Shown: piece by piece, positions 23,470-34,463 of the stretch
How positions within the stretch are numbered: the first letter of the stretch is position 1
Layout: the number at the start of each line of letters is the position of its first letter
Source: Nemertoderma westbladi
Taxonomy: Eukaryota; Animalia; Xenacoelomorpha
Assembly (NCBI GenBank): GCA_032718475.1
Contig: JAUCBJ010006971.1
Location: forward strand, 1 to 41,186
DNA length: 41,186 nucleotides
Reading direction: 5' to 3'
Made by a program: the position numbers and the translations under genes
The notes under the pieces: generated by a model
What the model saw: only the letters and a program-made list of their open reading frames with translations
Databases searched by the model: none
Told to the model about the DNA's origin: nothing

Positions 23470-24014
23470 AATTGACGTGATTCCGAACTACTATCAGGAA
23501 TATTATATTAACATGCCTCCCATAAAATTTGAAAATAACTTTCGATGCGATTTCAATGTATACCACAATTTTGTGAGACGTGGCTTATTATATTTTAAAT
23601 GAACCTTTACTTTATAACATTTAGATATAAAATTAATTTAATTCATACACCAGAAGGTATGTGGCTAAGAGTTTATTTCATATAAAGTTCTATATTGGTA
23701 AATATCTTCTCATATGAATAATGATAAATCGTCCCCATCATTTGGAAACCACCTATATGCCATTTTTTCCGAAAATGGTGATTTCTGCATTTCTTTATGT
23801 TAAAATGTATTCTGAATCTGATTAACTCACTTAGAAGGCCATGCTCCCAAGTATAACTGAGATATTTATCGTTTTAAAACCACCTATATGCCAGTTTTGT
23901 ATAGACCGCATGATAACGAATTTTTTTTAAAACAACCTATATAATACATTTTACTAGTTTATTATCATAGGGGAGATTTGATTTATATTTTTAGATGAGC
24001 AACTTGAGCAAAAT

Positions 24015-24240
24015 GAGCAACTATCGCCCGGCGGAAACCTTTGCCCGCAGGTAATCTTCGCCCGCGAGCAACATTCGCACACTAAACAATTATTGTTTTG
24101 GTTAGAAAAAGCTGTAACCTGCTCCTTTCCCTCAATTGGTAACTAAAATGGTTACTAACACAAGTCTTATTGGGAGAAGGTTTCTCGCGGTCGAAGAATG
24201 CCTTGCGGGCGAAGGTTTCCCCCGGGCGAAGATTGCACCC
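24015..24240. mobile_element. Foldback-type MITE with modular GC-rich TIRs
   Basis: The left arm GCAACTATCGCCCGGCGGAAACCTTTGCCCGCAGGTAATCTTCGCCCGCGAG pairs imperfectly with the right arm at ~24175-24240. The arms are built from CTTCGCCCG subrepeats. Confidence 0.7.
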
Positions 24241-24400
24241 AACCTGTGTGGAGTGATGGAGATTTAACTATCTACCGATTCAGTCACTGTGACTTCAGCC
24301 AGGTTAAATATTACAGGCAATGACTTCTGATATTATATAAATTTGCTTTCTGCTAACACTATCTAGTTCACCCTTGTTCTCAAGTCCGGTGTTCTTTAGT

Positions 24401-24682
24401 GAGACGGGACGGGACGGGACGGGACGGGACGGGACAGGACGGGACGGGACGGGGCGGGACGGGACGGGACGGGACGGGACGGGACGGGACGGGACGGGAC
24501 GGGACGGGACGGGACGGGACGGGACGGGACGGGACGGGACGGGACGGGACGGGACGGGACGGGACGGGACGGGACGGGACGGACGGGACGGGACGGGACG
24601 GGACGGGACGGGACGGGACGGGACGGGACGGGACGGGACGGGACGGTACGGGACGGGACGGGGGGGGGGGGGGGGGGGGGGG
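24401..24682 (+). repeat. (GGGAC)n microsatellite, ~50 copies, ending in a ~23-nt poly-G run
   Basis: Directly visible in the sequence. Confidence 0.98.
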
Positions 24683-26024
24683 CTGGGTAGATGCAAATCC
24701 CATCTCGGTGAATTAACATCTCATCTCAATGTTTAATTATCAATTAATGGCAAAGAGCAGGTTACCTTACAGTGATGATGACACGTTACTCTAACCAAGA
24801 CAATAAACTAAATGTCAATAGAACATATTACAGTTACTTTTTATGAGAGTTATTTGCGTCGACTTTGGCCTAGAGATGGATGAATTTTGATCACCTCCAT
24901 TAAGAACATCCCACGGTTGTGTACCGGCTGACACAGAGTCCAGCAAGCTACACCGAATAATAATTGTCAAGCAATACCTGCATTATACATCCGATGAGTA
25001 CCGTATATTACAGTAATAGCTCCATTAATAAATGCAGTTTAGTATCTGTACCAACATAAATAATAATAATATTAAACATAAACAAAAATCTATAAGGCGC
25101 CAAATCTATATAAGTTTAGTTGAGTTCAAAGGCGGGTGTCACTGTATCATTTACTGCTTATAGCAAACATGAAGTCAGTCTTCTAAGCACAAAAAATAAA
25201 TAAATAAATAAATAGTCAATGTCAATCAACCTGCTGATCACAATCGGTGGGCCCCACAGTGCCCACAGTCATCAAGCAACAGGCATTCCTTGGTAAGAAA
25301 TAAAAAAAATAGGGGGTGAGGGGGTGAAAGTTAAGCCGCCAAGTCCACCCCGAAAGAAACCCACAGGCTACTTTCCTAAATTGGTGGAAGTGTATCTGGT
25401 GGGTTGCCTCAAATTCTTGGCTTCTTGTTTCAACATCAGAAAAAGTGCTAACGCCTCTGTCTGTATGGATGGGGTAGGGGGGGGGGGGGGGGGGGGGGGG
25501 GGGGTGTCGGCGAATTTTGTATAAAAGTTCAAAACAAAGCGACTTTGATAAACAAATCTTCGATTCGATTAAATTCAATTAAATTCAAACTCGTTTACCA
25601 TTGCGGGAAGTAGGAGGAGGGAGGCACAGGATGTCATGTAGTGACGTCATCAGGTCCAGCTCGGCTCGGCCATTATTGGGTAGTTTCTCAAGCACAGAGC
25701 CCTCCGAACCAGCCCGGCTATCAACTGGAAACTCGGCTGTTTGTTACCTTAGCAGCTGGTTGGTTCTTTCTCACGGTAGAAAATTAATTGCTTACCACGC
25801 CGTAGGAGATTTACTACTTTTATCTGCGGTTTAGATGGAAGAAATTAGTCCACCGGCTGACTGACTACCTCTGAATGACAGTTGTTGTTGAGTACTATCG
25901 ATTCTGTGTCGCCCAGTTTCCAAGAATATCAAGTCGATCTATCCCATAAGGCGCCCCTTGGATATTGTTATTAAATTCCTCTAAGTTAAGTGGCAGCGGA
26001 GGCAGCTTGTTGCTGGTTCTCTTT

Positions 26025-26325
26025 GTCGCAGTGTCCGAGTGTCCGAGTGGATATACAGAGCCTGAACTGTTTCACAATAATAGTGTTTAGTGGCCCGGGT
26101 TCAAATCCGACTACAGGCTGTATAAATTCCGCACTGTTACGCAAACCCATCGGTACAGTGGGAATCTGGCTTTAGTTGGGAGGGTAAAGAAACAGTTGAA
26201 TAGTTTTGGAGTGTTCATCCTAGGGAGTTAATGCGGCGCCCTCCATGCCTAATAGGACAGGTAACAACCAGGAGAGAGGAGCCTTCGGGTTGACTGCGGA
26301 GTTTCGTGTTTCACACATTCACAGA
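26025..26325 (+). mobile_element. tRNA-derived SINE (long variable-arm type head)
   Basis: GTCGCAGTGTCCGAGTGG-like A-box with an internal 9-bp duplication, B-box GGGTTCAAATCC (26097-26108), and a 3' part with GCGGCGCCCTCC...GGAGCCTTCGGGTT and a CA-rich tail. Confidence 0.6.
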
Positions 26326-26542
26326 TCACTATGTTTAGCAAACAAGCTGTCGGCTTAACGTTTACCCCCTTAAATTAAGAGCTAAAAGAAACTCGGGGAA
26401 TAATTAGACAAAGAAATGAGACAAACATATTGCACATTGTATTTAACTAAATAAACGTTCGTTGCTAAAACATAAATAGTAAAATATACCTTGGGAATGG
26501 AAACTAAACCTCGATGTTGGTTGTTGTCGCTTTACATGTGTG

Positions 26543-27871
26543 TTACTGGCTACTTAAACGATTGAGAGCCCACTGTCTGAGGTCTGTGGTCACCCCGGGA
26601 GAGTTAGCCAGCAGGGAGTGCACCTCGACGGTGTCCACCATGAGTCTGTACAGTCGGTAGGTCTTCCTGACTCGCACACCGCCCCCTAGAGCGAACCCGT
26701 CAACTGGTCGGATAACACGCAGCCGGGCCAGCCGCTCGAAGGCCTTGAGAACGGCTCGCGAAGGGAACCACTGCACGGAACCGCTGAACCTCTCGACGAT
26801 GCGCTCGTAAGCTCGGAACACCTGCTCGAAGTTAAACCCTTCCGAGTCCTGGTCTAACGTCTCAGCAGCTAATAGCAACGACATCTCCAACATCGAGAGA
26901 TTCGATAGCAGCATACCGGAGTAATCAGGAGTCTGACTGCCTATAATATCGACTAGATCGTTGTCATCTAAAAACGGAGTTTCTTCAGAAAGACAACAAA
27001 CAGACGCAACTAAAACGTTCTGTATAAAACGAATATTCGTGTTACTTTGATGGAATAAATTAATTAGCGACTTTCTCACCTTTTCCTTTGTGAGTAAACA
27101 ACTTACCGCTTTATTCCATACTATTTCCTCATCCACAATCAATAGGTCTCCAACTAAGTCCATATAAGCGTCGCAGTCCAGGACTAGAGGTACCTGGATC
27201 TGTCGGTTGGTGAAGCGACTTTTAACCCTTTTCTCCAGAAGTTCCGCGCAGTCTAGCCGTTGTGATAGACCCAGTACCAGGAGCACTGCGCCCTGCGACT
27301 GGGTAACGTCGAACAAGTTGTAGAGGAGATGTTGGTTCCGCCGTTCTGCCGCAAACGCCTCGAAATGATCGAGGATAAAGACCACGGCTTTCCGACTGGA
27401 TTTATCGGCTTGTCGGATCGTGGAAAACAACATGTTGAACTTATCGGACGCGGATTTCGCTTTGTTATCGCTCGGTTGCAGTTCCAACTGGTTCGATCCG
27501 TCGACTGCGGCCTGTTTGTCATCCTTGTGAATGTGGCCGTTGAGTTCTACGACGATTAGGTTCTCGGATACTCGCGGTTCGGCGGTGGCGTCCCGCATTG
27601 CGAGTTGTAACGCCAATGATTTACCGCAACCCGCCGGTCCCACGATCAGCATCGAGTTGTTTTCCCCGTCGAGGACGGCGCTGCGAACGGATTCAGTCAC
27701 GCGGGAGTAAACCGGACGCAGTCGTTCGGGTACCTCGCGAGGAAGTTGCCACGGGTCACACAGGCGAGATAATAGTTTAGATTTTATTTCCTCCGCGTTA
27801 CAATTTGGTTTGTGGGCATGTTTATCCACATGTTTTAATGTTTTCAACGATTTGCCTTTAATTTTCGGCAT
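26543..27871 (-). CDS. ORC4: Origin recognition complex subunit 4, intronless, 442 aa from the first ATG
   Basis: The AAA+ Walker A lies in GENNSMLIVGPAGCGKS. Other motifs are VELNGHIHKDD, VVFILDHFEAFA, NQHLLYNLFD, ELLEKRVKSRF and the winged-helix region LSMLEMSLL..FNFEQVF..VLKAFERL. The ATG is at 27871, two codons after the TTG used by the ORF track. Confidence 0.95.
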   Translation of the reverse strand: MPKIKGKSLKTLKHVDKHAHKPNCNAEEIKSKLLSRLCDPWQLPREVPERLRPVYSRVTESVRSAVLDGENNSMLIVGPAGCGKSLALQLAMRDATAEPRVSENLIVVELNGHIHKDDKQAAVDGSNQLELQPSDNKAKSASDKFNMLFSTIRQADKSSRKAVVFILDHFEAFAAERRNQHLLYNLFDVTQSQGAVLLVLGLSQRLDCAELLEKRVKSRFTNRQIQVPLVLDCDAYMDLVGDLLIVDEEIVWNKAVSCLLTKEKVRKSLINLFHQSNTNIRFIQNVLVASVCCLSEETPFLDDNDLVDIIGSQTPDYSGMLLSNLSMLEMSLLLAAETLDQDSEGFNFEQVFRAYERIVERFSGSVQWFPSRAVLKAFERLARLRVIRPVDGFALGGGVRVRKTYRLYRLMVDTVEVHSLLANSPGVTTDLRQWALNRLSSQ

Positions 27872-28284
27872 TTCCAAGCAGACTTAGAAGTCTGTTACCG
27901 TACTCTGCTAGGTTTTATTTAGAGGGCTACAGACTGACAGACAGACAGAAACAATAAATTGACAGTTAACAGCTGAGCAGTGTTGCTAAGTAAGACGCAA
28001 ACAATTTTGATCGCTGAGAACTCAGACAAGTCCCTAAACAAGTCCCTAAAAGGTGCCAGCCTGCTCCATAGCGCGGGAAATTCAAATGATTGAAAGACAT
28101 GTAATTTGTACTGGAAAGGTTGGCAGATAAGATCTGCCAACTATATTTTGGCGGTAAATTCAAATCTGTTTTAACATTGAATACATGAATAGGATTAAGA
28201 CTAATGTAATTCATTGAATCAGAATAAATTATTTCTTATCGGTTTAATGCACTCATTCGTTATTGTTGTTTTATCTATTCTGGT

Positions 28285-28513
28285 GCTTCGAGCAGCACGT
28301 GAACAACTAAGCTGACTGGTTAACTAGTCTGGGGCTTCGAGCAGCACGTGAGCAACTAAGCTGACTGGTTAACTAGTCTGGGGCTTCGAGCAGCACGTGA
28401 ACAACTAAGCTGGCTGGTTAACTAGTCTGGAACTTCGAGCAGCACGTAAACAACTAAAAGCTGATTGGTTAACTAGTCTGGGGCTTCGAGCAGCACGTGA
28501 ATAACTAAGCTGA
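28285..28513. repeat. 49-bp tandem repeat (~4.5 copies; ~2 inverted copies at ~28835-28915) within the foldback arms
   Basis: The unit is TTCGAGCAGCACGTGAACAACTAAGCTGACTGGTTAACTAGTCTGGGGC. Confidence 0.93.
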
Positions 28514-29055
28514 TAATTGATGTTAACGACATACTGACTAACAGGGGGTTGGTATGTATATATTAAATTAAATTAAAGGAAGAACAGGAGTCTTACACCC
28601 CCAATAAAAAATATAGAATCAGGACATTTACCCCAAAATATACTTCTCGACCCCTAGGGTCATCGAAGAACAACAAACACACAAACACAAACAAATATAA
28701 ATACATGCTAAACATACAGGTATGTGTCGCAACCCTAACCCTAAGCCTACCCGCCTTACATTAAATGATACCGTTAATAAACTGCACAATAGCTAATTTA
28801 ATTTAATTTAATAACTAAGCTGACTGGTTAAATAGCTTAGTTGTTCATGTGCTGCTCGAAGTCCAAGAAAAGTTGACCAGTCAGCATAGTTGTTCACGTG
28901 CTGCTCGAAGTCCCAGAATAGATAAAACAACAACAATAACGGATGAGTGAGTTAAAACCGATAAGAAATAATTTCAGATTCAATGAATTACATTATTAGT
29001 CTTACTCTAGTCATGTATTCAATGTTAAAACAGATTTGAATTTACCGCCAAAATA

Positions 29056-30322
29056 CGAGAAAGGCATTTCCTAAAGGAAATGCAACCACGAAGCTAAGGA
29101 AAATTAAACAAACGGCCACAATTTGGTTCGTTGCTTAGCCTAGTTTAGTAGCATTTGCCAATAAATAACTTCTATTCCCATGGAAACTAGAGTTCTCTGG
29201 AACTGTTGGTTTTACCTTTGAAAAAAGATTCAGTCCAGATTGTTTTTCAGATAACACATCGAGTTTCAGAAAATATTGTAGTTTATGTCCAAATTACAGA
29301 TTTTCTATCAAAATGCATCTGTTTGCAGTGGTTGTCATGGAAACTGAAAAATAGAACAATGTAATTCGGATGCAGAATAAGTCATATAGTGGGGGTAGGT
29401 GTTGGTCCCAAGTCATAATACTATTAAATTGTGCTTCAAATTATCATTTTATTAATTTTAACATCTGTTTACTCTTGTTGCTATGGTAAATGGATTTTCT
29501 AATTAACTTCGAACGGCTTGTATATGGACCTTATAGATGAGTTACAAAACCCCAAGTTTATATATATTACAGTTTTTCTCCAAATAGAGTTATGATTATA
29601 GACTTGAATGATATATAACTTTAAAAAAACTACAGTTACCATGGTAACTAGATATTTCTGGAATGTTTTGAGTTTCACTAAAAGTTCCAACTAGTGGTCC
29701 AGATAACACATACCTAGTTTCGTAAAATTTTATCGTGAAGTCTATGTACAAATGAATAATTTTCGTATAAAAACATCTGTTTTCAGCGGTTGTCAAGGTA
29801 ACTGCAAAATAGAACAATCAAATTCGGACGCAGAATAAGTTATATAGTGGGGGTAGGGATTGGTCCCAAGTCATCACACCTTAACCTTAGGCTTCAAATT
29901 AACATTTCAAAAATTTTAACATCTGTTTAGCCCGGTTGCCAAGGTAACTGGATTTTCTATTTAACCTCAATCGGCTCTGCTATGGACCTTATAGTTGTGT
30001 TGAGAAACCCCAAGTTTATATGTATTATAGTTTTCCTACAAATAGAGTTACAAATATTGACTTGAAATACATAGACTTTTTTCTAAGTCCGTTGCCATGG
30101 AAACCAGATTTTTCCTGGAGATGAGACCCATCCCACACGACGCGCCTTGATGAGTTGTATATACATGCAAAATTTCAGGGTACTTTTAAAGGCTAGTTTT
30201 TTCCCCGACCAAAAAACACTAAATCTGCTCCATACAAGTAAAATAGCCCACTATGAATAGACCATCTCAGCTAAGGAAAATCTTTCTTAGCGAAAGTAGT
30301 TGATTTTCCTTAGCTTCGTGGA
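29056..30322 (-). mobile_element. Non-autonomous Helitron/Helentron-type element, copy 1 (1267 bp)
   Basis: The minus strand starts TC and ends with the hairpin GCATTTCCT-TT-AGGAAATGC followed by CTTTCTCG. It has an 18-bp subterminal IR CCACGAAGCTAAGGAAAA and ~153-bp core repeats. There is no TSD, and the empty site is reconstructed from the host's other arm. Confidence 0.85.
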
Positions 30323-30492
30323 TAGGTGGCAGATCTGATCTGCCACCCTTTCCAGTACAAATTACATGTCTTTCAATCATTTGAATTTTCCGCGCTATGG
30401 AGCAGGGTGGCACCTTTTAGGGACTTTGAGAACTCAGTCATTCCTTGATAACATTAAACCAAACTTGGTACACATGTCTGCATGTATACGTA

Positions 30493-31759
30493 CTAGAAAG
30501 GCATTTCCTAAAGGAAATGCAACCACGAAGCTAAGGAAAATTAAACAAACGGCCACAATTTGGTTCGTTGCTTAGCCTAGTTTAGTAGCATTTGCCAATA
30601 AATAACTTCTATTCCCATGGAAACTAGAGTTCTCTGGAACTGTTGGTTTTACCTTTGAAAAAAGATTCAGTCCAGATTGTTTTTCAGATAACACATCGAG
30701 TTTCAGAAAATATTGTAGTTTATGTCCAAATTACAGATTTTCTATCAAAATGCATCTGTTTGCAGTGGTTGTCATGGAAACTGAAAAATAGAACAATGTA
30801 ATTCGGATGCAGAATAAGTCATATAGTGGGGGTAGGTGTTGGTCCCAAGTCATAATACTATTAAATTGTGCTTCAAATTATCATTTTATTAATTTTAACA
30901 TCTGTTTACTCTTGTTGCTATGGTAAATGGATTTTCTAATTAACTTCGAACGGCTTGTATATGGACCTTATAGATGAGTTGCAAAACCCCAAGTTTATAT
31001 ATATTACAGTTTTTCTCCAAATAGAGTTATGATTATAGACTTGAATGATATATAACTTTAAAAAAACTACAGTTACCATGGTAACTAGATATTTCTGGAA
31101 TGTTTTGAGTTTCACTAAAAGTTCCAACTAGTGGTCCAGATAACACATACCTAGTTTCGTAAAATTTTATCGTGAAGTCTATGTACAAATGAATAATTTT
31201 CGTATAAAAACATCTGTTTTCAGCGGTTGTCAAGGTAACTGCAAAATAGAACAATCAAATTCGGACGCAGAATAAGTTATATAGTGGGGGTAGGGATTGG
31301 TCCCAAGTCATCACACCTTAACCTTAGGCTTCAAATTAACATTTTAAAAATTTTAACATCTGTTTAGCCCGGTTGCCAAGGTAACTGGATTTTCTATTTA
31401 ACCTCAATCGGCTCTGCTATGGACCTTATAGTTGTGTTGAGAAACCCCAAGTTTATATGTATTATAGTTTTCCTACAAATAGAGTTACAAATATTGACTT
31501 GAAATACATAGACTTTTTTCTAAGTCCGTTGCCATGGAAACCAGATTTTTCCTGGAGATGAGACCCATCCCACACGACGCGCCTTGATGAGTTGTATATA
31601 CATGCAAAATTTCAGGGTACTTTTAAAGGCTAGTTTTTTCCCCGACCAAAAAAAACCAAATCTGCCTCACACAAGTAAAATAGCCCACTATGAATAGACC
31701 ATCTCAGCTAAGGAAAATCTTTCTTAGCGAAAGTAGTTGATTTTCCTTAGCTTCGTGGA
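30493..31759 (-). mobile_element. Non-autonomous Helitron/Helentron-type element, copy 2 (1267 bp)
   Basis: Same structure as copy 1, with 5'-TC...CTAG-3' between A and T. It is nearly identical to copy 1. Confidence 0.85.
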
Positions 31760-31773
31760 TAGTCTACTTATTA

Positions 31774-33043
31774 CTAGAAAGGCATTTCCTAAAGGAAATG
31801 CAACCACGAAGCTAAGGAAAATTAAACAAACCGCCACACTTTGGATCGTTGCTTAGCCTAGTTTAGTAGCATTTGCCAATAATTAACTTCTATTCCCATG
31901 GAAACTAGAGTTCTCTGGAACTGTTGGTTTTACCTTTGAAAAAAGATTCAGTCCAGATTGTGGTTCTGATAACACATACCAAGTTTCAGAAAATATTGTA
32001 GTTTATGTCCAAATTACCGATTTTCCTTCAAAATGCATCTGTTTGCGGTGGTTGTCATGAAAACTGAAAAATAGAACAACGTAATTTGGATGCAGAATAA
32101 GTCATATAATGGGGGTGGGTCTTGGTCCCAAGTCATAATACTATTAACTTGTGCTTCAAATTATCATTTTATAAATTTTAACATCTGTTTAGTCTTGTTG
32201 CTATGGTAACTGGATTGTGTAATTAACCTCGAACGGCTTGTATATGGACCTTATAGATGTGTTGCAAAACCCCAAATTTATATATATTACATTATTTTGC
32301 TACAAATAGAGTATTGAATTTAGATTTGAATGATATAGACTTTGATAAACTACAGTTACCATGGTAACTAGGTATTTCTGGAATGTTTTTTTGTTTCACT
32401 AAAAGTTCCAACTAGTGGTCCAGATAATACATACCCAGTTTCGTAAAATTTTATCGCGAAGTCTATGTCCAAATGAGTAATTTTTGCATAAAAACATCTG
32501 TTTTCAGCGGTTGTCATGGTAACTGCAAAATAAAACAATGAAATTCGGACGCAGAATAAATTATATAGTGGGGGTAGGGGTTGGTCCCAAGTCATAACAC
32601 CTTGTCCTTAGGCTTCAAATTATCATTTTATAAATGTTAACATCTGTTTAGCCTGGTTGCCAAGGTAACTGGATTTTCTATTTAACCTCAATCGGCTCTG
32701 CTATGGACCTTATAGTTGAGTTGAGAAACCCCAAGTTTATATCTATTATAGTTTCCCTACAAATAGAGTTTTAAATATTGACTTGAAATACAGAGACTTT
32801 TTTATAAGTCCGTTTCCATGGAAACCAGATTTTTCCTGGATATGAGACCCGGCCCAAAAGATGCGCCTCGACGAGTAGTATATACATGCAAAATTTCAGG
32901 GTACTTTTAAAGGCTAGTTTTTTCACCGGTCAAAAAACCCCAAATCTGCCTCACACAAGTAAAATAGCCCACTATGAATAGACCATCTCAGCTAAGGAAA
33001 ATCTTTCTTAGCGAAAGTAGTTGATTTTCCTTAGCTTCGTGGA
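31774..33043 (-). mobile_element. Non-autonomous Helitron/Helentron-type element, copy 3
   Basis: Same termini (TC...CTAG) and core repeats. It lies 14 bp from copy 2. Confidence 0.85.
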
Positions 33044-33095
33044 CCAAAAGTTTAGAAATTCTACACACAGCAACACAGGTGGACAGACTTTTATA

Positions 33096-34352
33096 CTAGA
33101 AAGGCATTTCCTAAAGGAAATGCAACCACGAAGCTAAGGAAAATTAAACACTCTTTGACTCATCACTTCATTGCTTTACAGAGTTAAGAGGCATATGCCT
33201 TTAAAACTCATATTACCATGGCAACCGGAGTTTTCTAGAACTGCTGAGGTTTACATTAAGCTCCGGTTTGTGGTTCCAGGTGACACATACTTCAATTCAG
33301 TTTCATTGAGTAGTTAATGTGTAAAACAAAGGATTTAATTGTTAAAACGTCTGTTTGTAGTGGTTGTCATGGAAACTGAAAAATGCGACAATTTAAATTG
33401 GATGCGGAATTAGTGATATAGTGGGGGTAGGGATTGGTCCCAAGTCGTAATACCTTAAATTTATGCTTCAAATAACAATTTTATAAATTTGAACATCTTT
33501 TTAGCATGGTAGCCCTGGTAACTGGATTTTCTAATTAAACCTCAATCAGCTCGACTATTGTTCTTATCATTGAGATGAGAAACCCCAAGTTTATATCTAT
33601 TGCGGTTATTCTATAAATAGAGTTATGAATATAAACTTGAATGATATAATCTGTAATAAACTCCAGTTACCATGGTAACTAGATATTTCTGGAATGTTTT
33701 GAGTTTTACTAAAAGTTCGAACTAGTGGTCCAGATAACACATAACCAGTTTCGTAAAATTTTATCGCGAAGTCTACGTCCAAATGAGTAATTTTTGAATT
33801 AAAACATCTGTTTTCAGCGGTTGTCATGGAAACTACAAAATAGAACAATGAAATTTGGACGCAAATAAGTTATATAGTGGGGGTAGGGGTTGGTCCCAAG
33901 TCACAACACCTTAACCTTAGGCTTCAAATTCACATTTTATTAATTTTAACATCTGTTTAGCCCGGTTGCCAAGGTAACTGGATTTTCTATTTAACCTCAA
34001 TCGGCTCTGCTATGGAACTTATAGTTGAGTTGAGAAACCCCAAGTTTATATCTATTATAGTTTTCCTACAAATAGAGTTATAAATATTGACTTGAAATAC
34101 ATAGACTTTTTTCTAAGTCCGTTGCCATGGAAACCAGATTTTTCCTGGATATGAGACCCGGCCTAAAAGATGCGTCTCGCCGAGTAGTATATACATGCAA
34201 AATTTCAGGGTACTTTTAAAGGCTAGTTTTTTCCGGAATCAAAAAAAACCAAATCTGCCTCACACAAGTAAAATAGCCCACTATGAATAGACCATCTCAG
34301 CTAAGGAAAATCTTTCTTAGCGAAAGTAGTTGATTTTCCTTAGCTTCGTGGA
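33096..34352 (-). mobile_element. Non-autonomous Helitron/Helentron-type element, copy 4 (mosaic)
   Basis: Same termini. The segment ~33150-33640 is clearly more diverged from the other copies. Confidence 0.85.
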
Positions 34353-34463
34353 ATTACTCTGTCTACCGCTAAGGCGCCCATGTGAAGAATACCAGGATTT
34401 CACTTTTCGGTCGACTTTTTATTGGAATTTTATATATGAAGATTTTTAATTTTTTTTAATTTA

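Larger units (their letters stand above)
28026..30426. mobile_element. Foldback/Mutator-like element with ~300-bp inverted arms; right arm interrupted by a Helitron-type insertion
   Basis: The left arm (28039 to ~28370) is the reverse complement of ~28835-29055 joined to 30323-30426. The element is flanked by the direct repeat TGAGAACTCAG (28015-28025 and 30427-30437). Confidence 0.85.

Noticed and set aside
24304-24736. PSRPV / GTGRD repeat ORFs
   Set aside because: These are translations of the (GGGAC)n microsatellite.
25600-25670. Hammerhead ribozyme on the minus strand (CTGATGA followed by a GTCA/TGAC stem)
   Set aside because: The required GAAA after stem II is absent. The CTGATGA...GAAAC at ~77-116 also lacks a pairing stem II.
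28731-28744. Telomeric (CCCTAA)n repeat
   Set aside because: Only about two units are present, which is not significant.
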